A stretch of DNA of 57,948 bases, counting the filler, from Sphacelaria rigidula (lineage: Eukaryota), in the NCBI GenBank assembly GCA_964200075.2. It is 8 parts of 8 records of this genome, joined end to end, with 100 filler letters (N's around TTAATTAATTAA, not from the genome) between each part and the next. Parts side by side here need not be neighbours in the genome. Positions count along the whole stretch, not along the records: positions 36,281 to 43,436 come from CAXNAA020016212.1; positions 43,537 to 50,692 come from CAXNAA020016213.1; 6 more parts are not named here. One strand, given 5' to 3'. The first letter of the stretch is position 1. Every line of letters starts with the position of its first letter. Shown here piece by piece: positions 36,895-49,352 of this stretch. The notes beneath the pieces were generated by a model. That model saw nothing but the letters and a program-made list of their open reading frames with translations. It had not been told where the DNA came from and ran no database searches. The position numbers and the translations under genes are program-made.

Positions 36895-37320
36895 CATGTT
36901 CACGTCAAAGAAAACCCCAAAACGCCGTTTTGGCACCAAAATCAAGTAGTTCGCGGTTTCACCGCGGTACGGCAAACTTCATCGTATGAAGGCCAAAACC
37001 TTCACGCCGTTTTCAGGAGTTAGATCCTGAAAGTTTGCACAACTGTGCTCTGGGACATTATACAACTTTGCAGGAACGGGGTGTTTCGACTTGTTTTTGG
37101 TTACCGTTTTACCGGGGTCCAATTTGGTCGAGGTTTCCCCCCCAAACTGGGACCCCCGAAAAACAGTGAAAGAAGTCAAGAAGTCGAAAAACCTCATTCC
37201 TGCCAAGTTTCGTAATGACTCGCAAAACATTCGTGCAAAATTTCAGGGTCTAACTCCTTAAAACGGCGTGAAGTTGTGCCGATGAGTGTGTTTTGGGTTA
37301 TATGCGTGAACCAGCCTGTA
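36895..37320. mobile_element. MITE with long inverted ends
   Basis: cttcacgccgttttcaggagttagatcctgaaagtttgcac (~37000) vs gtgcaaaatttcagggtctaactccttaaacggcgtgaag (~37233). It ends gtgaaccagcctg|TA, and a further partial copy is at ~36600-36645. Confidence 0.65.
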
Positions 37321-38000
37321 TTATACACCAAAATGAGAGCCCAGAGCAATCTCTTTCGCCACACTTGCAGTGACGGTGCCCAATGACGTTTGGTCGCGCT
37401 GATGCCCCTTGATGGCGTAGGTACGTTTCAACGCCTTTTACCGACTCCGGGGGCTACAGCGCTGAGCGAAGTCCTCATTTTCCCTGATTTATTTTGGGGG
37501 TGTTGTGAGGGACAATGAGGTTTGAGCTTGAACCATATTTTAATGTACGTCATTATTATTGGTATTGTCTGTTTAATGGCTGCTGGTGTACGATGGCTTT
37601 GGCCTGTAACCCTCCGAAAAAAAGACAAAGTATATGGGTAGAGACGCGCTTAGACTACTTCAGCAGATCGACGCCGTGACAAGGGGCTTTTCTTCGGTTT
37701 CTTCACGAGTAAAGTCGTTCCGGCCGATGTGGTGTTTGACCCGAAACTCATTTCACGTCCGGACTAATGTCCGCCGTCCATCACGAAGATCCAAACCCCT
37801 TCCTTTCCTTTGCCAAAGTGAGACAACCCCCGCGACATGGAACAACCATCCCACCGTCCGTCTAGCACCACTCAAGATCCCTTGAATAAGTTTCAGCTTC
37901 CAACGGTACTCCCGGCGTTGAGTGTCACTGTGGTGTCCGGACGCAACGGAGCACAAGCCCGATCCAACCCTTTTCGTGGGCATGTCGTGAACTTTACCTC

Positions 38001-41000
38001 TCAGAATTGAGAGCTATTCATGAAGCATTCCACACTCGTCCAACGTGTGATGTTGTTGAGTCCGACGTTATCCGTTACCACGACACCGGTACTGCCAGAG
38101 CACTCCCCCAGTCCAGAATCAATGAACCGGTTGTTAGTGATATTGACGCCGTCCGCATCCCTGATTCTGAAAGGTTGGTCTGTCCTGCTGATGGTGTTGG
38201 AGTCAAAAGCGTTGCGCTGCGGACGAACATTGTCCAAATAAGTAACTACTCTGAGGGCAGGCCTGGTAGATGGAGGTGTTTCGAAAGGCGGCACGGAGGC
38301 GACGAAGGAGAAGAACGCATTTGGTGGCGTTTGTTGATGCAAGAATATTGCAGGCATGTCTGCAGTGTGGCGACAAAGTGGACGACTATCAGACATGGAA
38401 TGGCGCTAGCAAACATTCCATCGAAAAGGTTGCCTGTCGATCGATAAAACAGATAACATATCCTACCTTCATTTCCACCTGCTCTTATTTTAATCGCTTC
38501 GACTATCACAAGTTTATCAGTTGAAATTCACTCGCTTCGAGTGACCCGCACACCCGCTTGACCACACTTCACTCACGATGTTGTTGTCTTGGACACGGTG
38601 TTGTTATACACCAAGTTATCATCGCTGTCATCGAACAGGCTGATGCCTCCCCCGGTGATGTCGATCACGTTGTTGGAGATCACCGCGTAGGAGCTTTCTC
38701 CCAGACTCATTGCAACCGAGGTGACGTTGTTCAAGTAGTTGTCTGCGGTCGAGAATAACGTGCACCGCACATAGTAGTCACGTTTTGTCAATCCAAGGTT
38801 AAATGGTCAAGCCACTCGCTGTACAATGTGTCAAAAATCGAAAAAAAAATTCGCATGGGTGTCCGGCTGTATCACCTACAGGAGACAACACAGAAAACAA
38901 ATACAGTTGCTCTTCCGGCGAACATAGGGGCTTTGTGGAAACGTCAACCGGTCAGTCATGTCTCCATTTAGGACAGAAGATACATATACATCTAGACCCT
39001 CGTGCAGGAACCGAAACCATACGACCATCAAAACACACACAAGAATACCGCCACACAAAATAATGTTGCGCGTCATTTCGCGTCGGGCGTCAGAATGAAA
39101 ATTGTTGCCACAAGTAGTGATCCATCGAGCAAACAGACTGTACTTACCTTTGATAACGGCAAAGTCGCTGCCTTCAAGGGTGATGCCACGATAAAGGTGA
39201 GCGCCGCCGATCATGGTGTTGTTCTGGTACAAAGTTCACGGCACACCACGGCACACCAAGGAATGGAGCAATCTAGATGAACGCTCGCATCACGTTATCA
39301 AGCTTTTCACACTCTTGTATGAGCGGGCAGTATGTCATATGCAACGCCGTGTCGTCCCATAAATCGGCGGCCATGGCGGAATGTCTAGCACACCATTGAT
39401 ATAGCAGTATGTGTCCCTCCGATACCTTGAATTTCATCCACCAATCCATCTAACGCCTCCTACATCAACCTCAGGCAAAATGTAACCTGAGCTGGGTGGA
39501 TGAGGGCAAAAGGAACACGCTGTTCGCCATCCGAAATAGTGATGAAGTAGTAACACGCACACTCGAAAGCGTCGTAATTGGCCAGACAACGGCACACAAA
39601 CATCAAGGACAACAAGCAAATTCACCTGGATAGAAACTTTGTGAGACCCAGTGACTCTCACGCCGGCAGGTGCTATGCCGTCGATGTCGGTGTGGTTGAA
39701 AATGTTGTCGTGAACGATCAAAGAGGTTGCGTTGCCTATCGCGTGGATCCCTGCTCAAGACAACGAAGGTCATTACACCAATATTCCTTCGGTCAACGCA
39801 GGAGAAGAGAAAAGCCGAGTCAAGTGGACACGCAGTGAATAACGATCATCAACATAGATGGCCAAAGAGGAAGAGAGTAAGTCAGATCAATTATGGAAAA
39901 GCTGACATTATAAAGAAAATCTATGATAACGTGATGTACTGTTATGTGATATTCATTCACGTTGACTAGGTGGTGACACAACTCAGACGTTGTCGTCAAC
40001 TCCACTCCTGCCGCGGCCGATCAATCACCCACGGGTGTTGATGCTTGCAGGTGTTTGGACCATCCTCCGGGAAGCAAACACACCATTACCAACGATGCAT
40101 GTGTCGACCATCTTTGCCGTACCGCGTGTGGCCCGGTTGAAAGTGATCACACTTTTTGAATCAGAGTTTGAGGTAGAGAAAAAAACGGGGAAACAGTAGA
40201 TCGAACAACACAGCGAGTGCTTCAGTTTCATTTCGTCTTGGGTGCGTCTCTCATATGGCTACGGCTGGAACCTCTGGGGGGTCAGTAAAGGTGGGAGAAT
40301 CAGTGAAATCAACCGACTAATCATTTAAGCAAAGAACGAAAACCTCAAAACTAAAACGGAGAATCAAGCCGACAGTGAAAAGGTAAAAATCAAAGCCGTC
40401 TTGCCTATCCAATCGATGGAGTACAGCTCATTGCGGCGGATGTCACCCTGCTGTAGCCCACGCATGGAGACGGCGATGCGCATGTGGTGCAGCTCCGAGT
40501 CGTAAATGTTGCCGTAAACGTTTGAGCAGGGATCGTTAACCTGCAGGGGAGTGATTGGCACGACTTTATTCCTATCAACTGCATGGGAAAACCCGTGAAA
40601 CTATCATATAATTTGTCACATTGGAAACACGGCGGTCAACATAGGGGTTGAGAATGACACAAGGTCACCTGAACAAAAAAACTGTGTCGTGTCCATGCCT
40701 GTACCCCACTACGCCGAAGCCACCACAAGGAAGCATCAAATATCAAAACCATGACTAGAGGGCAAGATAACAAACACGCCGAGTAGAATGGAAACCAATT
40801 TCGGCAACCTGACGTGCAAATTCAGGTAAGATACTGAAGAACCGTAGAATAAGGCCGCCCAGCCGGTGGGGCTTACCACGAACGATACCTAGACGCTTGG
40901 TTGGTTCATGTGTATATTTATATCACCTGCCAAATCAGGCCATTCTTTCCGTCGCCGGAGTAGCCCATGTACGCCATCTCAGAATTGACGATGTCCTTTG

Positions 41001-41948
41001 GACGAAAGTGTAGGGGAAAAACAGGAGGAACATTCAAGGGAACGGTTAGCGGTCGAAACCGTGAGGTGTTTGGGCTTGGCTTGGCAAGGACTCCCGGTAC
41101 ACATCCACTTTGACCTCATGGAAACAACGATTCTGCTTCGGTACGAAATGAGGAAATGGAGTCATCGATTGATATACTAGTATGGACGGAAACAGTAGAA
41201 TATCCGATCCCACAACGTCAAGCGTGAAGTGAGAATGTTGGGCGTTTCTCACGTAGTTCAAATGGTCGTTTGCGGCCCCGAGAATTATTGGGTCAGCAGT
41301 ATAAAGCTATATTTTATGTTTAAACATAGAACTTGTTGAAAAGTGCGCCTTTGGCCCCTCTCCGTCGTTGTTCCTCCGAAAAGAGGGCTAGGCGGATGTT
41401 GACACCTTGGAATGACTTACTCCACTCGCTGAGACGGTTCCAGAGCACCGTCGCGTTCCCCGTAGGTCACAGTTTCGTTTTCGGCCAAACTTGCATTTTC
41501 AATAACAAACGGTCAACTTACCGAAAATAAGTCAATTTCCCCCCTGTTCTTTGATAACTTTACCGTTTGTTATTGAAAATGCTAGTTTGGCCGAACACGA
41601 AAGTGTGACCTACGGGGAACACGACGTTGCTCTGGAACCGTCTCAGCGAGTAGAGCAAGTCATTCTAAGGTATCAACATCCGCCTAGCCCTCTTTTCGGG
41701 AGAAAAATGATGAAGGGTCGAAAATGCACTTTTCAACGTGTTTTATTTCTTGATGCATCAAGAAGTAGCCTCACGCTAATATATTTTGGTACTGCGTCTG
41801 AGTAATATTCTTGGATCCTGTTTTTTTCTTTGATTCCATGATACTTGTATCTTATCTTGGATAGCTACGTTGTCGCCACGGAAGGCGTCCGCATCAGATG
41901 CTCAATACGGAGTACTGCGCGGACATCGGAACGGTTTTCAATGTAAAG

Positions 41949-41996
<48 letters not shown>

Positions 41997-42198
41997 GTAA
42001 CAGCACGACTGCGATAGTAACATCGAACTCACCATGCACGCCTCGCCCATGTCGCAACAGTAGCATTTAACTCACCATACGTGCCTCGCCACGGTCGCAT
42101 GTGCTTCCGTCGGTGGCCTCCGAGATCGCCATGACATAACTTCGTCCATCGCTCGTGTTCGTGTCGTAGGCGTTGTTCACCGTGTCCCATCCCACCAC
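38001..42198 (-). CDS. Mannuronan C5-epimerase-like right-handed beta-helix protein, divergent, seven 3' exons
   Basis: Phase-consistent exons: 42198-42076 (VVGWDTVNNAYDTNTSDGRSYVMAISE..C.RGEARM), 40995-40927 (DIVNSEMAYMGY..NGLIWQ), 40540-40405 (..NVYGNIYDSELHHM..), 39750-39626, 39223-39148, 38742-38577, 38262-38001 (stop). WD..DGRSY..SE..GEARMDI..SE..Y.G and V.GNIYDS.LHH are brown algal MEP/AlgG-type signatures. Asn-ladder coils follow. Confidence 0.88.
41335..41737. mobile_element. Foldback element (~190-bp arms, short loop) in an epimerase intron
   Basis: 41335-41525 is the reverse complement of ~41550-41737 (for example gaaaagagggctaggcggatgttga / tcaacatccgcctagccctcttttc). Confidence 0.88.
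41866..41998 (+). mobile_element. Retroposon 3' fragment with (CAA)n tail
   Basis: gtactgcgcggacatcggaacggttttcaatgtaaagac(aac)n. The same end and tail occur at 14523-14585. Confidence 0.65.
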
Positions 42199-43717
42199 CT
42201 CAACAAGGGAAACAACGATTGCAGATACGTATTACAGATAAGTACGCTGACATCGGACATCCTTCCTTGATGAACGTATCAAGGGTAACAAGACAAGCTA
42301 GGTCCCCAACATCATAGGTGGGTTCCCCAGGCGGCGTCCCTTGGAATAAAACAAATGGCCTTATTTATCCATGCATACGCTTGACCTGAAACAATGACTC
42401 ACATTCTTCACAGCTCAAATCGTATCAAATGGGGGATGAAAACATGAAGTTATCCCACCTTGCCAAACACACTGGCATATCTGGCTTGACGAGGACTGTA
42501 GCGTCCATAGGCTGCCGCCGGAGTTGAGCCCCAAAACCGGGTGAAATGGCTTCATGAGTTTCAACTCTATGCTGTTGCTTGCTGATAGGGAAGCACCACC
42601 AGTGTCGGGCGGGGGACACAGGTTGTTGCCTGTCCCAAACCAAAAGTTACGTACAGGATCATCCTCCATTACTCAAACTTCATCCGCTCCGGCGGTCAGC
42701 TGTCACTCACGCCAACGACCACATCAACTACGACGTATTCCGCTGACGTACGGATTATTCGTCCAGGAGCACTCTCGACGGTACGTCACTCGATGTACGC
42801 AACGATAACTCGAATCAGCCACCAGCACATCTCGGATCCACACATCCTCACTCGCTCAGATTTGTTCTTCTTTCACCCGCCAGTCATATACACTTGAACC
42901 CTTTGATCATAGCGAAAGCGTACGTGATTCTCCGCCCAGGAATCATGTAACATCAGTCCACCTGGGTAAAGCAATTGCAGTGCTTCGTCAAGAGCAAACG
43001 AAAGTGCTACACACGCACATTCCGCTCCACAAAATTGCAGACTAGAGCGAAGTGCAAACAATTATGGGGTGCCAACACTTTCAGGTAAACAATGACGAGT
43101 GAAGAGCGGGACAAAAAATCGAAAACAAAATCCGAACGTCGCTAACCGTCAGAGATCATGCCGAAAACATTTGTAGACATTCCATCGCAACGGATATGAT
43201 GTACTCTTCATACAACAGTGGATTCTGAAAAATGGGGTCAATCTCAAAAATGAGGTTGAAATGGCATTTCTTTTTCGCAGGGATGACGCGAAACACTTAC
43301 GACCGAGCAAAGCCATCTTCCCCCCCCCAAGTGCCCGCAGCAGTTAAGCACCTGCGGCTTGGTGCACCTAACGAATGCGGTGTACACGCGTGTCGATGAC
43401 GATATCACCAGAGAGAGAAGCAACGACAGAGAGGAANNNNNNNNNNNNNNNNNNNNNNNNNNNNNNNNNNNNNNNNNNNNTTAATTAATTAANNNNNNNN
43501 NNNNNNNNNNNNNNNNNNNNNNNNNNNNNNNNNNNNCCGACGTCGTGCGGCGGGGGGGGGGCTGGAAGCGTCGCCGGAGGAACAAAACACACAATTCTGC
43601 GTCGCTTCTTCGAAAATAGGCCCAGTGTGCGTGCGGAAATATTAAACAAACGTGAACGGCAGTGTACAGCGGAAGATAAATGTCACCGTAGTCGACCTGC
43701 ACGCGTAGGCAATGCGC

Positions 43718-43850
43718 CCTGAATTATGACAAATGTAACATTAGCGAAAAGTGTACTGCGTACGGTATCGCATTCATCTTCTTTTGCAATGAGCGATAAA
43801 TGCGATACCGTGCGCAGTACACTTTTTTCCAATGTCGTCCGTTGTTCAGG
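43718..43850. ncRNA. Candidate miRNA-precursor-like hairpin
   Basis: 32-bp stem aaaagtgtactgcgtacggtatcgcattcatc / gataaatgcgataccgtgcgcagtacactttt with one G:U pair and one mismatch on the + strand, a 16-nt loop region and a looser basal stem. Confidence 0.4.
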
Positions 43851-45512
43851 AGGTGGTGAGCAGCCGTCCGTTACGTTGTGGTGAACGCGCCAGCTGTACG
43901 TCTGGTAGATCGACACGGGCAGTAGGCTGTGGGTCATGAGACCGTGAGTCTGACGGGACAGCAGCAACGATTCACAGTACATACAGTATAAGTAGGTTAT
44001 TTTCCAATGGTATTGAGTCAAGATCAATGGTTTGATCATACCAGGTACATCAACATATACATCCTATTCTATAGCCTTAAACGGGACGAAGCCGATGTCT
44101 TGGTGCCAGTGTATAATATCGACAAGATACGGTATACCGAATCTGCATCAACTTCAGCGCCAATAACCATATCCTACTACGTAAACCAGCTTCCCAAGAA
44201 AACTGCCCAGAAGATAACCGGTTGACAGGTTGCTCAGATTTCTGTTCCATTGTCTCACACGGTTATCGAATGGCGGTATCGTCTTTTTTCTTGAAACAAC
44301 TTTATCCTTCCGATACAGTGACGCCATCGGTACCGAAAAAACACATCAAGAAATGCTATTTACGGGACGCGTGGAGGACACTTTGCTTTTGTGTATCGGC
44401 ACCATTTCGACTTGAACAAGACCGAAAATGATGTCGATTCACAAAAAACACAGAAATCAGCGCTGGGGTCCCAAAGGGTTGAGTGGAATGGTTCGTATTC
44501 ATGCATGGTTGACATGGCGATTCGCTGGCTGATCATCCACTTTGGCAAAAAGTGTCTGCTTCACAGATATTCCCCTTTTTCTACGATCCTTCATGTTCCG
44601 GCAACAAAATTCACGCACTGCGATGTGCTGTCGTTATTTGCTGCGGGAATGAGCATCAGTAGAGCATAGCACATGTCGTCCTCAAGCGCGATGCATCATC
44701 GTCTCCTATTGAAGAGTGATGCGCGAAAATCGACTCGTGAGTCATCTTTCACCATCATCCCCGACGTGTTCTATCCTGCCCCACTTTGGTCTGTCTCTGT
44801 CCGCGGTTTTCGGCTGACTCGTCTCGCCTCGCATTTGTGATACAGACAAGGGAGTTGCCTATTCCTTGAATGAAAGCTCTTCGACGAATCCCTTCACGGC
44901 ATCTGCAAATAATCCGGCATCGGCAATTGCGGTACGCAGCAAGTACTGAAATGAAATAGTTCCATGATGGACAAAGAGGTCAGCAGTGCGAGGGGCACCA
45001 GGCATATATGAGGACATATAGATACCATTAACGTCCGTGATAGTTTCAGATTTGCGAGTCAAGTTGCCGCCTCAGATGTTTTTCAATCTTCTCTCGTTGT
45101 ACTGTTATGGCCGCCGCGCTCGAGTATACATCCGTCGGGTAAACGGTACTTTACACCCGGATGGACACTGCTCGTGGATAAGCGAAACAGTGATCGTTAG
45201 TCACCCGAAGATTGTCTGGATTTTTTCGTGTATCATTCTTGCAAAGTCAATTCATCGGTAATGCCCGTACCTTTGTCAACTGTTAGTGGCGAAACATAGT
45301 GTCCTTCAATTCCTCGAATAATCGAAGAAAAATGGGAGAAAAGTAGCACTACTGTAGTCCGTTGATGACGACATCATACAGATCAAGATGTTTTGTTCTA
45401 GCAATGTGATATGTTCGGGCTCTACAGGACATGGCGTCAACCTAACGTTATTGTTAGCGACCTGTATTTAAGCATGGTGCCTCGGCCATTAACTCCATCT
45501 GTCTCTTCACAG

Positions 45513-48500
45513 ATTTCCCTAGATGGGACTGGTGTGTACGTTGGGGGGGAGCGGGGCGGGTTGCTGTATTACACGCGGAACGAGGAGGACGGATCGCTTA
45601 CTCTAGGCCGCACCTGGGCAGCCTCCGACTTCGACGAGGCACTACAGGTCGGTCACGATGATAGGTACTGATGCGGTCATAAAAAAAAGTGAGATTCTCA
45701 GTGAGAGTGGATGGACAAAACTACAGTAACTACTCGCAGAATACCTGGCATTTCCGTTTTTCTTGTTTCAGACGGTAACCGAACGATTGTTTGGTACTGT
45801 AGGCGTAAAACGTGTGCGCAAGTCAACACGGGCTTGGAATACCGGAAGCATCAGTCGATGAAAGTCTGGACAATCTATGTACGGTTGCTTATTGTACACC
45901 AGCGGTTTGAGAGGGAAGGCTACAGTAGTAGGGCTACCCTGTTTTTACCGTACGCTTCTGCCCTGTTTTGCTTGCTGTAAGAACTATCAATGCAGCAGCA
46001 GCAAGCGTTTGTTTTTTTGCGTGATCGTCAAACTCGATGTTCTAGTTAGTTAACCTTCAGTCTTGGACGCAAACTTGTTGTCAGAAGCGCGAGCTGTTCG
46101 TGTATCGCGTCTCTCCCCTAACCATGAAAAACCACCAGCTGATGGTGCCAGTAAATTTCAACGCGAAACACACTGGTCGCCGAGAAGAGGAGATCCGTAA
46201 GCTGGGACCGCAGTTGTTACTTAGACTTTGATGTTCGCGTTCGTTTTTGGGTGGGAAAGTGATGTACCACACCAGCTCACGCAGAATCAAGGCAAGACGA
46301 ATACGAGCATGCACGATATCACGTCGAAGGTGGGAAGTAGGAGGCATCGCGTACGGCAGTGTTTCTTTACTCGCTCAGAACACGCCACAGTACGCATTCA
46401 CATGGACCCATCCCACGTCCGAGCCGGCAAAGGTTTGCGTGTTACGCCTAGCCCTGGTGGCCAGAGGGCTACACTTTATGTCCACGAGAAGCTTCGGACG
46501 GATCCATGAAGGAGACAAGCCACGTTTGCGTACCCTCACGCGTTTTCTGTGTACAGTCTGTGGAGCAAATCTTGATTTCGCCGGACGGCAGCAAGCTGGT
46601 CACCTTAGGAGGCAGGGGATCCAGTACAGGAACCTTTGGGGTTTTTAGGTCAGTCGAACCGGCAGAACTCGCTGTGAAAATACAACCCCGTCTACGCCAC
46701 TGCTGCTCCAGTATTGTAGGGGCTCACGCAATTATACCCGTAGTCAGATATTGTAGAGAATCGGGTGAGCAGCAATAGCATACCATCGCTAATTTTCTTC
46801 TAAATCTAACCTCAGGCACGCATACCTTTGAATTTTTATCCGTTAACGAATTTCGTGCGTGCCGGTGTCGCTGTTTTTGTTGTTCTTTCTGCTTGTGAGG
46901 AAGCGTGCCGTATTTGTTTGCGGAGATGTTTCTCTCTAGTTTATATATTCCTGAGTGGTTGTCTAGTTTTCACGATGAAAACTCTGTACATTATGTGCTT
47001 TTGCGTATGGAATGGTCATACCGATGATGATGTATGTCATCCTCGAATTGGTTTTGATGCCACTGTCATTTATTTTCGCTTGATCAGATACTCCCATTTT
47101 TTAATTTAGTATTAGCTCTACCGAGCATTGTCGGTTTTCAGCATGAATGATTGGTTGTCGATTGACTGTCTCACATTATTATTTGATTCCTTGCGAATCC
47201 AATCGTGAAAGATGCGGGCCGAATGCTGCGGGCGTCAAAGAAACGAACGACGTCGTTTGACACATTTCTTACGTAGAAGACACCACCGCCCCCGCCCTCT
47301 TCGGTTTTCAAATACTAATATCTAATCTTGCCACAAAGCGTCGGGTCGGATGGCGACCTGGACCTTCTATTTGAGGACGACCACCGCGGAGTCATCCGAG
47401 GAGAGTTTGCGCCAACATCGTCTAGGGTAAGCGAAGGATCACTGCCGTGTGCACTTCCAGGCTTCAGATCGCGGGATCTAACCGAATAGGGTACAGGGGA
47501 GCTAAGGAAGGAGAAGAAGTATCTTGTAACGCGGTTGAAGTGTACCTTGACACTCGGTGTTAGATATTCAAGACGACACCCACAAGTACGGCACTTCAGT
47601 AGCGGTAGCAGTTGCTGAAACACCTTCACCGCTGTGGCCGCGAATACGTGGACCGGTATCACCGACCCCTCGGCCACAGCGGTGGCATAATTGAGAAATG
47701 TATCGATTGAAAAACATCGACTACCTTACAAGAGTTCGACGCAGACCGACGCACTACAGGAATTCTCGCCCAATGCGTGACAGCAAAGGGGGAAGTAGTT
47801 CCCGGGGGCAAAGATGGATCGACTTCTTGAGACTACCGACTCGTTCTCACGAGGAAGGGAGGGGGGGGTGTTCTCATGATCTTGCATGTCGTGGTCGTAA
47901 GATCCATTGATCTCGTATCCCTACAGCCGGGACGGAGCATGTCGGGTTTTCGTCGGGCCAGGCTCGCGATCATCAAGCGCAAACAGCCGGCATGTGTTTG
48001 GCAAGTCGCGTGAGGGGTGATCTGTATCCTGCTAAGATTGTTCGGCCCGAAGCACACTGGTTACCTTACAGATGGATGACAACCTCGAATTAATTGCTTC
48101 AGTTTTTGGTTTCACCGCTTCCAAACAGCCACGGATAACACTGTGCCATGGGTATCTCGCCGGTTGATGTTCTCCACCCCGCACAATACGATCTAACTCG
48201 ACCACCATCATGGTTACCGTAAAAACCCGCAAGCGAGGAAAAAAGAGTAACCTGGTCGCCTAGCTTACGCAGTAAGTGACGTGTTTTACAGCGTCGTTGC
48301 CGGTCGACGCAACCCTCAAGGGAAGGCGAGGGTGGGGATGAAAACTACGACGAGAAGAAGTGCGGTAGTTCGGGTTCGATGTTGCAGTAGCTGCGGCCAT
48401 ACTTGCGCGTTCGCGTGATTGTCATGGCGGGATCATCACGCCTGGCACTCGTTCTCGCTTTCAGTATCCTAGAGGGAGAGAGAGGAGAGAAACCGTAAAC

Positions 48501-49352
48501 GAAGTAGTGAAGGTTCGAGGTTTTTCACGTTTGAAGACGCACAAATGCACCCGTCGTATGCAGCCGACCCGACAACACTCTACCACCAGGGGCAGCGCGT
48601 TGTTTGGTGGAGGGAAGGAGTAAATATCATCACACGGGAGGGCTGTTCTTTTTTCGAGGTTAACGGAAAGGTAGTGATCCTCTACTCTATCCGCTACGAC
48701 TACATTTCGTCGACTTGGTGATATTTATGGGTGTGTGTATATATATACTATCCCGCAGAGAGGGAAATACTGTAGCGCGCAAAAGAGGATGCCATGGGCC
48801 AAGAACACAACATATGTAACCTCGGTAAAATGTGAAATATCAATGAGCACTACAATGGTGCTCGGGGGTCAGGTTTCAATATCGCATGAGCCAGAGTTTC
48901 AACAGATTTGCCAGTCGACTACTTTGTTTACTCACGTTCTCACGCTTTCCACAGTGGAAACCATACATTACGGGGAAAAAACCCAACGCGTCGGGAATCG
49001 AAGCCCCGTTCTCTCCACCCTAATGGCGACAGTCGGACCATTACACCACCGGGGCGCGGTGGGGTATTAAACGTTACAATTCCCACGCCGACTCCTGAGC
49101 ATGACTTCGAGCAATGACTGTCCACCCCCGCTCCCCCGGCGCGACAAGCATGCAAGCACAATTGTCCACACTGCGAAACGGGCAGAGATCTGGTGTACGC
49201 CTAACCCATGGTAGTTTTCAAGTATCCGTTGCTTGGCACGCGGTTGCGAGATCTTCTCATTTCCCCCGTGTGCACTCGGGTATTGTTGTGCCGACAGGAT
49301 TTGTACGTGGTGGACGATGACCAAAACGCTTTGACACACTTCATCTACAGCA
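45513..49352 (+). CDS. Beta-propeller (lactonase-like) protein, four internal exons
   Basis: Phase-consistent exons: 45513-45647 (ISLDGTGVYVGG..LLYYTRNEEDGSLT..), 46557-46648 (SVEQILISPDGSKLVT..), 47339-47426 (VGSDGDLDLL..EFAPTSSR), 49298-~49352 (DLYVVDDDQNALTHF..; donor uncertain). SPDG..LYV and R...DG.L are blade motifs of 7-bladed lactonase-type propellers. Confidence 0.7.
48731..49055 (-). mobile_element. tRNA-derived SINE family 2, intronic
   Basis: The minus strand begins gccccggTGGTGTAATGG (A box)...gcTTCGATTCCC (B box). There is no proper acceptor stem. A body and a (TA)/(CA) tail follow. Confidence 0.65.

Noticed and set aside
43850-43945. Extra exon of the propeller gene ending at a gtgagt donor
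   Set aside because: All frames from the nearby acceptors contain stops.
38001-49352. Cell-wall gene cluster linking the epimerase-like and propeller genes
   Set aside because: They are on different segments separated by an artificial linker.
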